Positions 14,780-29,239 of a stretch of 64,000 bases of DNA are shown in pieces. This DNA comes from Eledone cirrhosa. Lineage: Eukaryota. Numbering within the stretch: position 1 is the stretch's first letter; each line of letters opens with the position of its first letter. A model generated the notes under the pieces. It was not told the DNA's origin and did no database searches. It saw only the letters and a list, made by a program, of their open reading frames with translations. The position numbers and the translations under genes were made by a program. The stretch lies in contig OZ024752.1 of assembly GCA_964016885.1 (NCBI GenBank), positions 1,984,001-2,048,000 on the forward strand, written 5' to 3'.

Positions 14780-14965
14780 TAATAATAATAAATTTGAAGA
14801 CTAAAATCCAAAGAGGGCTCGATAAGGATAAATATATATCAGATATAAAAGAACCGTAGAGCAAATATTTATTAAAATAACAGATTAAAATTTAAGCAAA
14901 GAATCGTTAAGGTTGAAAGCAACGATTCTTTGCTTAAACTTTAATCTGTTATTTTAATAAATAAA
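14780..14965. repeat. Family E copy with a ~43-bp-arm inverted repeat
   Basis: tatttattaaaataacagattaaaatttaagcaaagaatcgtt / aacgattctttgcttaaactttaatctgttattttaataaata with a 12-nt loop. Confidence 0.85.
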
Positions 14966-15513
14966 TAAATATATGTATATATATATATATACTCTATATA
15001 CATATGTGTGTGTATGTGTGTGAGTATTTAAGCATAATGCACCTGACATTGGGCTATTCACGACGAATTTAGGGTAGAAATACATAGAGTTTATAAACCT
15101 TGTTCTGAAGCTTTTAAAACAAATCTCATTGCCTTTATTTAAGAAGAAAAAAACATAATAGAAAAAGGCTGTTTCAGACTGTTCAATTTCTTGCAGAGGA
15201 AAATTCGTTCATTGGTATATTTGGAGACAATGATAATCTCTCTAATTTAATTGTTCAAAAGTTTATATTTTGTATGCATAGTTTCATTGGTGAATGTAGA
15301 AAAATAATTATGTAGTATAACAAATGAAATGAGTCGTTACACAGATCATCAACTTTACAACAAAAACAAGTTCTACTTTCAAACTTACCCAGCGTAATAT
15401 AGATATTGATAAATTGTGAACTAAAGAAACAGTTGGCTTAGGTAATGCTGGTAATCGATCAATCATAGGAACAAATGTAGAAAATGGGTATAGATGTAAC
15501 ATCGATGGATAAA

Positions 15514-15550
<37 letters not shown>

Positions 15551-16271
15551 CAGTGATAGAGAGAGAAAGAGAGAGGTAGATAGATAGATGAATTTATATC
15601 TGACGCAGGTCTGTACTGAAGGATTTTGAAATGTTGAGTGTAATTTAACGTTAGCTTCTCCTGATAAATATATGTAAAGTCATTAAAGGTGTGTAATATA
15701 CGAGTATATACTCACACTATGCGCTGAAATGCAGTTCAAAATCGGCTTTCATTTAAATTTATCCGAAAACTCTCTTTAAATGTGTGCGTGTTGTTACTTT
15801 GAAAATCCCATTTTACAATCCGGAACACATAAATCTGCCAATCGTTGGTTGGAAATCTCGTCAAACTGAAAGTCCCATGAGAAACATTCAAGAAAAATAC
15901 GATATGTTTAATTATCTCCTCAAACATCGTTCACATTCAGATGTTTACCATTCAAATAAAATGGATTTATCTCACTTATTTGGTCGTTTTTCATAGCATC
16001 TCTTTCCTGTATTTCAAGTTCATTCTACGAAATAATGATTTATTCCACGAACGCATAGTTTCGATACCTCTATATATTTGCTTCATTCATTCTCGAGGTA
16101 GCGTGTGCTACTACTGACACTATCTATATGTCTATCATTATCTAATTACCCAACTTTCTTATAAACTCGCACGTGTATAGGCAAACCTACAGAAACATTC
16201 GTGTGTGTTTGTGTATACATAAACACACACTTATATAAACGCACGCAGGAAGCTGTATATGGATGATTACA

Positions 16272-16345
<74 letters not shown>

Positions 16346-16454
16346 ATACATATAGGTATGTGTATACACATATATATGTGTGTGTGTGTGTGTGTGTGTA
16401 TACATATATGTATATATAATGTGTGTGTGTGTACATATATATATATCTGTATGA

Positions 16455-16501
<47 letters not shown>

Positions 16502-17504
16502 CACATATATATATATACACATATTTCTACAACCATATATGCGTACTGATAATCAGGTTTCTTGAGGGATGTCGTATCCGCCTATAAATGAGTGAGTGGA
16601 AGTTATTTAGATGAGAAAATAAAGACAAATGACCTACGTAAACCAAGTTCCCAGGAAGAGAGAAAAAAAAAGACCATTAGTTATCTGTCTTTGATGCTGA
16701 TTGATAGAATACTGGAATGATAAGGGATTGCTAATTGCTAAAAGTAAAGTCACAAATCTTTACAATTCAATTACTTTAAACAATGTGTAACATCTATGTG
16801 GGTGGATTAGTCGTACGTTTCTATAATTTTTATGTTTAAATATCCGAATATTTGCTATATACGCGTAGAAATTCAGATACACCTCTTTATAATTATAGAG
16901 TGATAAACGAATGAGCAAAATGTAATAAACCACAATGCTGAACGTTAAATATCTTGATGCGTTGACACAGTTTCTCTTATACGCTTAACCTCTGTGTATA
17001 CTTCATGTTCTTCATTCCTGGACAATTGTTATACTTGATGTAGCCATATAAGTTTGAACCATGTTAATATAGATGAAATTTTCAATCATAATGCCCGGTA
17101 CATCATAGACGTACAAACTAAAACAACACACAATTATGTTTCGTCGAAGGGTGTTCTAAATGTCAGATTAATGCAACAGCATGATCCTTGAATTAACATT
17201 TAAGGGGCTGCTCATTCCAAAGACACGTGGAACTTGCGGTAATTCTGAGGGAGATTTAAGATGCCTTGGCGGGTCCTTTGAACTACAGTTACGATCCAAA
17301 CTCTCTATCACTCTACGCACAGACATATACAGCCACGCACGGAAACAAAAACACAGACTCACACACACACACAAACACAGACAAGTATTCTTGTGGCTGT
17401 GGCTGTGCGTGTGTGTGTGTGTTTATATATATGTATGAATTATTTTTTCTCTGAACGTCTTTGAATAATAAATGCTTCTCATTTTGTTATTTTTCTTTGC
17501 CTTA

Positions 17505-17710
17505 CATTGGTGAAATTGAAGAATCGGTAGACCGTTCAACAATTGATTTGTAATATATGGCATGGCTCATTTTATTTTGAATTCAAATTCTGCCGAAAAA
17601 AACTGCAGATTTCAGCCTCCCGACACTTATTAATCAAAGAACGATAAAGGAATAAGGCCTATATAATTAACTTTCAATTTTCCTTAGCCTACTGCCTGTT
17701 TTCAAAATCA
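17505..17710 (+). mobile_element. Highly degraded SINE copy
   Basis: ggtgaaattgaagaatcggtaga head and a B-box-like aattcaaattctgccg. Confidence 0.45.
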
Positions 17711-18167
17711 TTACTTCGTCACTTTTCTCCGTCGAGCCGCCAAATAAGTCCGCTTTTGATAGAAACCATAATTGGGATACGTAAATTGCTAAACTAGCGT
17801 TTACATGATTTTAGATGTGGCAGGTTGTTTGGGGCGACAGCAGAAACGACTACTATACTATTTTTTTTTATTTTATTAAATTTGAATATCAAGTGGGCAG
17901 ACTATTTCGGGGGGCCTCGAACATAATGTATTGCGTTTACTTACGGCTCTCTCGTTAACGGTTCTAACAGCTTTGAGGATTTATTAGACTTTCGTTTATC
18001 CTGGGATGATAAATTAGAGTACCAGTTAAAAATTAATGTCGTTTTAACAATTTTCCCCACGAATTAAATGAGGGGACATGTGCTTAAATTAGGAAACACC
18101 CTCATCCTTCCCGTCATGATACCCTCCGGCTACTCCCCATCAACATCAACCTCACCATTATCGTCGT

Positions 18168-18365
18168 CGGTGGATTGGCAGTATCAGTAGAGGATCGGAC
18201 GCCGTGCTTTGCAGCATAGATTTAAGGCCCTGTATTATCTGTGTTCAAATCTGCGGATATTAATTCTGCCTTTCATCCTGACAGGGTCGATAAAATAAAG
18301 TACCAGTCACGCACTGGAGTCAATTTAATCGACTTTCCCCTCCCTAAAATTGCTGGCATTGTTTT
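18168..18365 (+). mobile_element. tRNA-derived SINE
   Basis: A box tggcagtatcagt, B box gttcaaatct, central gcctttcatcct..gggtcgataaaataaagtaccag. Confidence 0.9.
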
Positions 18366-18931
18366 CCCGAATCCTATCCTGCCGAAATAAACATTGCGTT
18401 TCAGGCAATAATGTACCAGTTGAGTGCAAGTGTTCCTAAAATTTGCTAAAACCTCCATGGTCATATGCTAGGACTAGAGGATAGATCTGTAACGAATAGA
18501 TGAAATTGTTGGCATGATGGTTACAATTCAAAGAATAATACCAGGATTGTGTTGTTACTATGTTTATTTTATTATAACAATATTCACTTTGAATATTGAA
18601 TGATAAAATCTACAACATGAAATATTCGTACAATGAGTTGGTGGCTCTTCGGACCACGTAAAAACAAGTATCACAGAATACGATATAATATAATTTGTAT
18701 TAGATCTGAAAGATTCAATAGGACAGACAGAAATGGTGCGTGTAAAAATGTGAACATACTATGTGTGCGTGTGTGCGTATTAGTATACGTTCTTGTCTTA
18801 GCAGTTAATAGTATTCAATCAGCCAGGCAGGAATGGTGTGTGAGAAATTAGTGGACAGACTGTTTTTCGTGAAGGGAGTATTGACAGCGTTGGTGAAATA
18901 CGTCCTCTCTAATCTATGGTCTCACTTTTTC

Positions 18932-19180
18932 TCTGCCGAGCGTAAACAACCCTTGTATTTATAAGGGTTGAAGTTAGAAGGATAGATATATCATCTGACC
19001 TGTGGTTAGCATCTCACAAGTGTTAGTCTGCCGGGAGTAAACAACCCTGTATTCATACCGGTTGAACTTAGAAGGATGGATATATCATCTGACCTCTTTT
19101 CTGCCAGCCATAAACAACATCTGACCTGTGGTTAGCATCTCCCAAGGGGTTGGTCTTCCGGGCGTAAACAACTAACCACA
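18932..19180. repeat. ~95-bp minisatellite, two units plus deleted partial units
   Basis: tctgccg..gtaaacaaccc..gtatt..ttagaaggat.gatatatcatctgacc starts at 18932 and 19027; partial units at about 19100 and 19154. Confidence 0.85.
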
Positions 19181-21147
19181 GTTGTCCAGAGGCGGGAAAA
19201 CTCAGATTCGGTTTCGAATCGTTGCGGCCGTTATAGATCAATTGAATAATTAAAGTGTCAGATCAGATATCTTGTGATAAGGTTTGCCTATTTCTGTTAC
19301 GAGTACAAATTAATCATTTCTTCTGGGCTCCTTGAAGCCAACTATAAATCAAATTTTTAATCATGACAATGATGGTTAAGTTTTTTATACAGTATTCAAA
19401 CTAATTCTTTTAAAATATAACGTATTTTACGTTTGTCACAATGGTTCGTATGTATTTTTAGGATTGTGTAATTATATTGAACATTTCTCATTACAATGTA
19501 TGACTCATTTATACCGACACAACATAATGTGGAACATGACGCATTTCATACTGAGATTGCTTTTGATATATCTTGTCTTTGTATTTCTTCACTATATCAT
19601 ATCGTTTAAGGTGTTTAGACTTCAACATTTGAGGTTCTATGATTTCTTCTTAACTTTTCTTCTGTTCTCTCGATATCACATTTTTCTTTGATGTCATCTT
19701 TCTCTGTAGATTCTTATTACTTTATTTTGTGTTCTTTATTAAATAGTTTTAATGAAACACAATTATATCCTTTATGTTTCCTCCTTTCAACAGTTCTATG
19801 TAATTTTATTTTCTTTTATAAACTTGCCAGTTCATTCCTACTTAATTACCGCTGTGTTTTCTTTATTCATATTAAAATGTACTCCACATTTTTCATTTTC
19901 TTTTCTTTTAATATTTACCTCATGTTCTTTCGCAGAAAATGTATTTACTTCTTGTGTTATATATAATAGCCCGTATCATTTCCGTATATTTTTGTCAGTT
20001 TTTGTAAATTAGTAGATATGTTATGAATTTACTTGTTACAACTTATTATATCGTTTATATATGTATTCGTAGAAGAGTAACATTGTATATTCTCCTAGAA
20101 TATCCATGTTTTCTTGACTGTGTATTTCTAAAAACATAAAGTAATGGAGCAAATCTGACAATCTTACACTGAAAGAAAAATAAAGAGAATGCAACACGAA
20201 TGTGTATAATTAAACAAATGTTTGTATTTTCTTAACACTAACTCTTACAATTTTATGAATAATAAATCTAGTAACTACATAGTATTTATTTACACACATT
20301 GTAATAAATAGTAAAATGAATGATGCGCACGATCTGTCGGAAATAATTTGAAAATCTAATAGAAATTAAATAAATAGAAATATTAAAACACAAAATCATA
20401 TAACAATTGGAAACGCACTCACACAAACACCCAATACATCCATACACACACCTATATATGCATATATATATATATGTGTGCCCATGGATATACAGTTAAA
20501 TAGAAACACAATGTTGTCTCTGATCGCGTATGTATTTGAGCATCGAAAATGTTTGTTAGTAGGAAAATTAATAAAGAGCAAATTTATTACGATTCACGAA
20601 AGTAAAATATATTTTGCTACCTTAGATTTCAAGGCATATTTGTGCCAGCATGTACACAACTTTCTGGAATGCATGACGCTATGCTACAAATCTTAGGTGG
20701 CATTCGCCACGCGTATACGCTGGTTTATATCTGCAATAATGCTCTAATATATATTCATTTTTTATGAAATCCTTATTTGCACTTCGTACCAACCGCAATG
20801 CAGATATAAGTAAAAAATATAGTACAAGGTCGATATGATCAACGATTCTACACATATGACCCTTACTTTAGCCACCTTGAAATAAATCCCACTACGACTT
20901 AGACAAAATGAGTTTGGCAATAAAATATTAAGTGCAAAACCCATTCAATTAAATGGATAATGTGTGAGGAATCGAGACGACTGCCTCAATGTAATTGCAT
21001 TTGGGCATCCTTTATCTTTGTGTGTACACACACACACACACACCACACACCACACACACACACGCACACGCACACACACATATAACAAATAGTTTAGCGC
21101 TCTACATGCCTGAAATCAATAAATGTAATGTGAGGTTTTCGAATATT

Positions 21148-21535
21148 AATAATTGTTTCTACTTTTGGCACAAGGCCAGCAATTATCCAATACATTACTG
21201 GTTCTTTATGTTATCGACCCCGTAAGGATGAAAGGCAAAGTTAACCTCGACGGGATTTGAAATCAGACCATAAAGGGATGTAACTATGCTAGAAAGCATG
21301 ACGTCCAACCCTCTACCGATACTGCCAATTCACCTTCAAATATTAATAATTGTTTCTACTTTAGGCACAAGGCCAGCAATTACCCAGTGTATTATTGGTA
21401 CTTTATTTTATCGACCCTGTAAGGATGAAAGGCAAAGTCAACCTCGGCGGGATTTGAACTCATATCGTAAAGGGACGTAACTATGCTGGAAAGCATGGCG
21501 TCCGACTCTCTACCGATACTGCCAATCCACCGCCC
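21148..21535 (-). mobile_element. Two head-to-tail tRNA-derived SINEs
   Basis: Full SINE consensus occurs twice (21148-21334 and 21346-21535). Confidence 0.92.
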
Positions 21536-23881
21536 TTAATAATAATATTTGATTTGCTTGCAATTATGCAAACAGCCTCTTTAAAGCCATGCCAGTAGAA
21601 TGACACCGTCATTCTTGCTCTTGGGTTGGCATGTAAATAAATCGAATATTAGTATTCGAAAAACTCAGATTATATATATACACACAGAGAGTGAGAGAGA
21701 GAGATACATAAGCTGCCGTGCTGAGACAGAGGAAAATACTAATCATTGGAGTACTCAATGCATATAGGTGGGTAAGCATAGGAATATATTTATATATATA
21801 TATGACGGTTATGTGGTGTTGGATAGGATAGTGCGGTCCAGTTTGTGGGTCTGGGGGAATTTACACCCATTACATATCGGTCATATATTGCATGGATAAT
21901 GATGAGGAAGATGTCGAAAAAATGGGTAAAAATGTTCTTCGATTAAACGGAAAACGAAATAATAGTGAATCGAATAATAGACGTAAGTTAAATATAGCTG
22001 CGCCAGGATATTCTATTTATTTATTTTCTAATTTCTCTGAAGAAGTTAGTCGAAGTAATTGGTGATGAAGTCCAACCCACTCACCCAATCCCCCTGTTTA
22101 TATTATTTTTTCAGGTTCGGGTGTTGAGGAATCTCTCTATGTACGAATAAATTAAATTAGATAAAAATATATTATATATGAAAAAGATTAAAAGAAACAT
22201 GTAACGAGAAAAACATACTAACAATAAAATACATTTTAGAAAACCATTAAGTTTCAAATTTAAATAGTAAAGGGTAATGTCGATACTGGTTGTAAAGACA
22301 CATAGAATTTAGAATATTAACACAAACAAATAAACGCCATAAAATTATATGTAAAAATGGAATGCCATATGCAAACAAAAAGAATATAAAATAACCATTG
22401 AAAACATTTAAGAAAATATTTTTAAGATCTATGTTGTATAGTGAAAACGCATATATTTCTATGTGGTTATATCTATGGCATGTGTATGTGCATATGTTTA
22501 CATGAATGTATGTCTAAAGGCGTATAATGCAATTTCCAAGGTTCATAAAATCATTTGCTTAATTGGTAAGGGAATATGTTGATATAGAATGGTAATGGTG
22601 TGTCACGCTTGTCACAAAAATACATCTATATACAAATTAGGATATGTAAACACACGCATTCGGACACTCAGAAAGATACTCACGTCTGTGCGCGTGTTCG
22701 TGTTGGAATATATACATACAATAAGAGAGAGAGTAATACATGTCTCATGTTTGCATGTTTGCCTATCTAACCATCACATTGCAGAACATACGCGCACACA
22801 GTCACAGACAGATATACAGGGAATGACAACCGTATTAATACAGATACATATACAGAAATATTCACATTCGAGGACAAATAATATAGTAAAATAATTATCT
22901 GATTATGAATAAAGCTGAAGACAAACCTAAATCATTTAATGTGAAATTAAATTCACTAATTAGTGGCGAAGCTTCCGTATTTTTTTTTTCTGAATATTTA
23001 ATATAAATTTTATTATATGTAGTTTTGTTTATTTTATATTTGAATATGTTCCTGCACGACTAATTACATTTGTATTTCCGACTGTCTTTCTACATTATAC
23101 CACGAACCATATTATCAATTCCTTGTCATCATCATCATCATTAGCAATCATCACCATTGCTTTAAACAACGTATTAATATTAGTAGTGACTCAGTGGTTG
23201 CGGGAAAAATAGGTTGGCTGCTGAGGTGGTAGTATATTGAAACAAATGCCTTACGTTAGTTAATAATCTATCTTAAAATTCCATGTTCAATTACCCTCAT
23301 CTATCAAAAGTAAGTAAAGTACGCATTACTCATGTATTTGAATATATTTTTCAAAAGCATTTAAGACCTTTTATCACAGCTAGAATTCAGAATTATTGCA
23401 AAGATATATAATTAAATTTTAATTAATGCTGGTTTTATTTTGCTTAACGCAAAATAACTTAAATTTATGTTTCATTGTATAAAATCAAGTCTGTATAAAC
23501 TTAGGTTATTGCACAGATTTGTCTGCTCTAAAGTATCGTCAATGCTTATCAATTGCAATATTTACTTACTACGTAATATTGTTTTCGTAATTGGTCAATG
23601 TTAAAATATGTTTATGGTCAAAGACATATCAGCCACTACATCCAAAAACGCTTTTTTCTTTGGCAGAATTCCAGATATCCTGCATAAATCGTTTTTGTTT
23701 TAAAATTTGTCCTAATTTTAATTCAATAGGTTTTTTACTTACGTTTCAGAATGTGTTTCGTTGGCATGGATGAGGTTAGTGACGTTACATAGGATGTGAA
23801 TACGATATTTAAGCAAATTGTTTCGAGTTGAATTTTGGAAATTGACACACATTCTGACTGATATATACTATCATTAATTTT

Positions 23882-24005
23882 GTACTTTACCGACCCCGTA
23901 AGGATGAGAGGTTAACTTTGCCTTTCATCCTTACGGGGTCGATAAATTAAAGTACCAGTAATGTACTGAGTAATTACTGGCCTTGTGCCAATAGTAGAAA
24001 TAATT
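23882..24005 (+). mobile_element. 5'-truncated SINE with inverted duplication of its central domain
   Basis: cgaccccgtaaggatgagagg / cctttcatccttacggggtcg hairpin, followed by a normal SINE 3' end. Confidence 0.85.
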
Positions 24006-25779
24006 AATTTTGTATTTTACCTAAATAAATTAAACACACGCTCGCACGCACCCACAAATGCACTTACACACAAACACACTCACACACATAAACACTCACA
24101 TACACACACAAACGCACGCACACACACACATACACACACACCTTCTTAACACATTACGATATTTGGTTTACCGATGGTCCAGTAACTCTATATAACTTCA
24201 AATAATATCGAAATTACAAAATCAACATATATATTTATGGCAACAATAGTTTTAGTATAATAATGCATATTGGTGTATCTCTCGTGTGAAAGAGCAGGAC
24301 ACAAGACCTAATGAAATGTCATTGAATACACGTACCTAGTTTACAGAAAAATTCTAACTGGGTATCTTAAGTATTAAACATTATTGTATTTACCAGCTGT
24401 CCCAGGAGATAAGTAGAGATTTGCTTAAATACACATACTCATATACTGCGAATTAAATGTTTAATGTCTGTGTAAATAAGAAAGATGATAAATATTATTT
24501 AGAAACGCGTATGATCCAATCATTATAATTTGTCATTAGAAATTTTATGTCTACTTTACACGCGTGAGTCCGCATGAATGCAAATCGATGTGTTTCTATG
24601 GCGGTGCATAAATGTATAGCTAATCTCACAAACAAACACACGCATAACCACGCATAACCATACGCATAGACATGCACAAACCCACATAAACGGAAATGTA
24701 TACATATATATATATATATATATATTGGAGCGATTGGGCGCGCACATATATGTGAAAATAAATATAAAATGTGTGTTGATATGTGTGAATCTAATTACAT
24801 ACTCGTCACACCTTCTATGTACATACACATATACAACCGCACACACAGATACAATTTTCCTGGAAAATACACTTTTTATAAGATAGGGATGATATTATTT
24901 TTTATATCCAAGTCGTAAAAGGCCTTGAAATGATTGAAGCTTTATAATATTCATGAGGGAACATAACAAAGGCGTATCCGAACGAAGCAGAAAGTGTACA
25001 AACGAATATTTCAACTCGAACATATTTGAATTGCGGGCAAACAATTATAGAAATGTCCTGCAAAATTGTGAAAATACGTTTATACGTTGATCAGCCAACG
25101 CCATTAAATAGAGAAATATGAGGGATTTTGTTCAAAATACTTACACGTGTTAGAGCACGAGTCAGTAATGACGAGGTATAATAGAATGTTTGAAATAAGA
25201 ACTGTGAGGCAGTATGAATCGGAAAGACGACATGATAGATAGCACTAGAAACATGGTGACAGAAAGAATTGTAAATAAGGAGGAAGTTTCATACGGAAGA
25301 AAGAAGATCTGTTAAATTTAAGTGAGCAGGTATCAATTACTAATATGCTAAATATAAAGTAGCAATGTGCACATGGAAATACCAACAGGGAGAAAAACTC
25401 TCACAAAATGTATTTCCTTGTCAGCCACCCGCTTGAAAATATACTTCTATCGCAATAGGCAGCTTTGTATTTTTTATCCAGATCGTACGACGCCCTGAAA
25501 AGAGGCATATTACAACATAACAAAAAAACAAAACAAAAAAAAACACGAAAGGGCTATTGAATAAAGATAAGAACTTCAATAATGAAATGAGGTCAAAATA
25601 CGCAATAATACAGTAATATCTTGCGAGTATTGAAAACGCACAAATATATATGCAATATAATAGAAAGAAATGAGATATGTTTGCTGCAAAGTACTTAAGG
25701 GCTTGAAGGAAAATCAATGTTCAGAAAACTGTGACACACAACATCGAAAGGGAGCCAACCTACAGTGTGAATTCTACGT

Positions 25780-26128
25780 GCGAGTAGAGTTCCACCGAAG
25801 CAGGTGCAGATTTTCAAGTATCTCTGGGCCGTGTTCAAGTAATGTGCAAAATTACAGGCACTGTTGCTACAATGTGTCAGCGAAAGCTTTCCGTTAGCAG
25901 AGGAGTTGTATGTGTAAATGGAAAGCTCACTATCTTCAATTCGCTATTCGTGCCAACGCGTATATGTGTTCATGAATGTTGGGTAATGACCGAAGGAATA
26001 CCATCACAAATAGAAGCAAACGAAACCAGATTCTTCCAAAGGATCTTTACGTAACAAAGGGATAAGAAAGCCTTTAAATTAAAGATACTACATCTCCAAA
26101 TCGATAGATCAGAGCTCCTTTACTACGG
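25780..26128 (+). pseudogene. Old RTE (Expander-like) LINE fragment
   Basis: KLTIFNSLFVPTRICVHECWVMTEGIPSQIEANETRFFQRI resembles the post-RT region of RTE elements. Confidence 0.7.
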
Positions 26129-26133
26129 TTATA

Positions 26134-26169
<36 letters not shown>

Positions 26170-26322
26170 AGGTAGTAGTAGTAGTAGTAGAGGTAGTAGT
26201 AGTAGTAGAGGTAGTAGTAGTAGTGGTGATAGTAATAATGGTGGTAGTAGTAGTAGTGGGGGTAGTAGTAGTAGTGGTGGTGGTGGTGGTAGTAGTAGTA
26301 GTAGATGCAGTAGAAGTGGTAG
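26134..26322. repeat. (GTA)n/(GGT)n microsatellite
   Basis: Directly visible. Confidence 0.95.
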
Positions 26323-26381
26323 TAACCAAAACAGAGTAATTCACAACATTAAATATATATGTACGTGTATATAATCTGTTG

Positions 26382-26444
<63 letters not shown>

Positions 26445-27105
26445 GTGTGTGTGCGTGTGTATTTATATAAGATGGTATGTATGTGCCTATATGCGAGTGG
26501 TTTTATATACATACATATGCACATTCACATACACAAATTCTTATATATACTTTTGTTTGTGTATGTGTGCACATTTATGTGTAAATAGTTTAGTGACATA
26601 TTCTACTTCTATGACAGTCTGTTTTATCAGTTTGTTAGTGTGTCAATATGTGTGCCATCTGATTCTGTCTGTGCTTGTGTGCGTGTATATGTATGTCTCT
26701 GTCAGTGTGTACATGCGTGTGCTAATTTATATACATCAACAGCATTTACAATGACACGCTAAAGTTTGCATGCAAAATGTCTGAAATAAAAAAATAAATA
26801 AATTGACACCAGTCAGCATGAGTCATGGAATGTTGTCATTGCTACAGTGGAAAATTAGCTAAAATTTCTTCTTCATGTTACCAGAAACTGACTAGAAAAT
26901 TATGTGATGGGAATATTGAATATATGTATCATGATGAACTCTAATAGTCGAATTATTTATGTTATATTTATAGCGCATCATTAGCAAATTAGTGTGAATA
27001 TTAAAGATAACTATATATGTATGTGTATATGTGAGTGTGCATATGTGCTTGGGTTTATATAAATATATATATAAATTATATATGATATAATATATATATA
27101 TATAA

Positions 27106-27150
<45 letters not shown>

Positions 27151-27270
27151 TATATATAAATATATATATATGTATATTTATATATATATATATACATGAA
27201 TTATATGTTTATATAATATACTATATATATATATATATAAATATATATATATATACATGAATTATATGTT

Positions 27271-27335
<65 letters not shown>

Positions 27336-27370
27336 TATATATACATGAATTATATGTTTATATAATATAC

Positions 27371-27393
<23 letters not shown>

Positions 27394-27401
<8 letters not shown>

Positions 27402-27621
27402 ATACTTTGGGAGGGTCATGTTGCCAATAAGAAACACACGCACCAGTTGCGTTAAACTTCAATTTAATATATATTTATAAATTTATAAATTTACAAGTTA
27501 CAGTGAAATCAACTGGTGCGTGTGTTTCTTATTGGCAACATGACCCTCCCAAAGTATAACAATATCGGTTTCAACACACGATTTCAGATAAAGAATCTTG
27601 CTAAACAAATTCAGAAACGAA
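27394..27621. mobile_element. Family D PLE pseudo-LTR fragment with a perfect 56-bp inverted repeat
   Basis: Arms 27394-27449 and 27510-27565 are exact reverse complements; the sequence matches 44955-45110 at the 3' end of PLE-2. Confidence 0.85.
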
Positions 27622-27749
27622 ATATATATATATAAATATATATATATACAGGAATTATATGTTTATATAATATACTATGTATATATATATATACATATAT
27701 ATATACATATAAATATATATATATACATGAATTATATGTTTATATAATA

Positions 27750-27794
<45 letters not shown>

Positions 27795-27828
27795 TATATA
27801 TATACATGAATTATATGTTTATATAATA

Positions 27829-27891
<63 letters not shown>

Positions 27892-27915
27892 CATGAATTA
27901 TATGTTTATATAATA

Positions 27916-27952
<37 letters not shown>

Positions 27953-28027
27953 TATATATATACATGAATTATATGTTTATATAATATACTATATATATAT
28001 ATATATATATATATACATGAATTATAT

Positions 28028-28059
<32 letters not shown>

Positions 28060-28064
<5 letters not shown>

Positions 28065-28272
28065 AAAGTTTTATTTAAAATTGTTGGGTTACAACGAGTA
28101 AATATTGTATAACTGATATAAAGCACTCAACAAGTTTTGGAGTAGATATACGATATTAAACAAATGGAAACTATATTTATAAAACCATATTTATTTCATT
28201 ATACATTTTTCAGGGATACCATATTAAAAATATGGCATGCCTTTTTCAGATAACATACAATATATAAGCAGT
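28060..28272 (-). mobile_element. Family C PLE pseudo-LTR fragment with a degenerate hammerhead
   Basis: Matches 39957-40080, 42775-42925 and 46578-46762; core mutated to CTGAAAA. Confidence 0.8.
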
Positions 28273-28427
28273 TATATATATATACATGAATTATATGTTT
28301 ATATAATATACTATATATATATATATATATAAATATATATATATACATGAATATGTTTATATAATATACTATATATATATATATATATATATAAATATAT
28401 ATACATGAATTATATGTTTATATAATA

Positions 28428-28477
<50 letters not shown>

Positions 28478-28498
28478 GAAATATATGTTTATATAATA

Positions 28499-28535
<37 letters not shown>

Positions 28536-28651
28536 TATTTATATATATATATATATATATACATGAATTGTATGTTTATATATATATATATAATATAAAT
28601 TATATATGCATATATAATATAATATTTACATATATTATATAAATTATATAT

Positions 28652-28841
28652 GGCGGTGGATTGGCTGTATCGGTAGAGGGTCGGACGCCATGCTATGGAG
28701 CATAGAGTTACGGCACTTTATGATCTCAGCTCAAATCCCGCAGAGGTTAACTTTGCCTTTCATCCTTACGAGGTCGATAAAATAAAGTTCCAGTAATGAG
28801 TCGGGATAATTTCTGGCCTTGTGCCAATAGTAGAAACAGTT
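28652..28841 (+). mobile_element. tRNA-derived SINE with ~17-bp TSD
   Basis: Full consensus; ttatataaattatatat at 28635-28651 and 28840-28856. Confidence 0.92.
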
Positions 28842-29239
28842 ATATAAATTATATATGTATATATAATATGATATATTTATTAAAATAACAGATTAAATTT
28901 TAAGCAAAGATTCGGTGCTTTCACCCTTAACAGGATCTTCTAAAACTAAAAACAATCAATCTGTGAACGCAAAAGTAAATATTTCGAAAATCTTTGCAAC
29001 CGAAGGAAAACAGAAAGACGATACTTTGGTTCGTGAAAACCTTCCCTGGCAATTCTTAACTCCGCAGTCGAGAGTCATTTGGTTTCCTGAATAGAATATT
29101 AGTCTAATGACTCCATTTATACCATAAACGTGGTTTTGTCTTTGCGTGTAATTGTTCTCCACGCTCCACATGACAACGTATTATCTTCGCTTTTTTCCGT
29201 CCATCATCATCATTATTATTATTATTATTATTATTATTA

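Larger units (their letters stand above)
27195..28580. repeat. Compound minisatellite: ~29-bp catgaattatatgtttatataatatacta unit separated by variable (TA)n
   Basis: More than 10 copies visible, interrupted by family C and family D insertions. Confidence 0.9.

Noticed and set aside
17168-17438. Overlapping 60-85 aa ORFs in a GC-richer patch
   Set aside because: No recognisable domain or convincing splice context, and they partly run through (CA)n.
27195-28580. CRISPR-like constant ~29-bp repeat with variable spacers
   Set aside because: The spacers are only (TA)n of varying length, the context is eukaryotic, and there are no cas genes.
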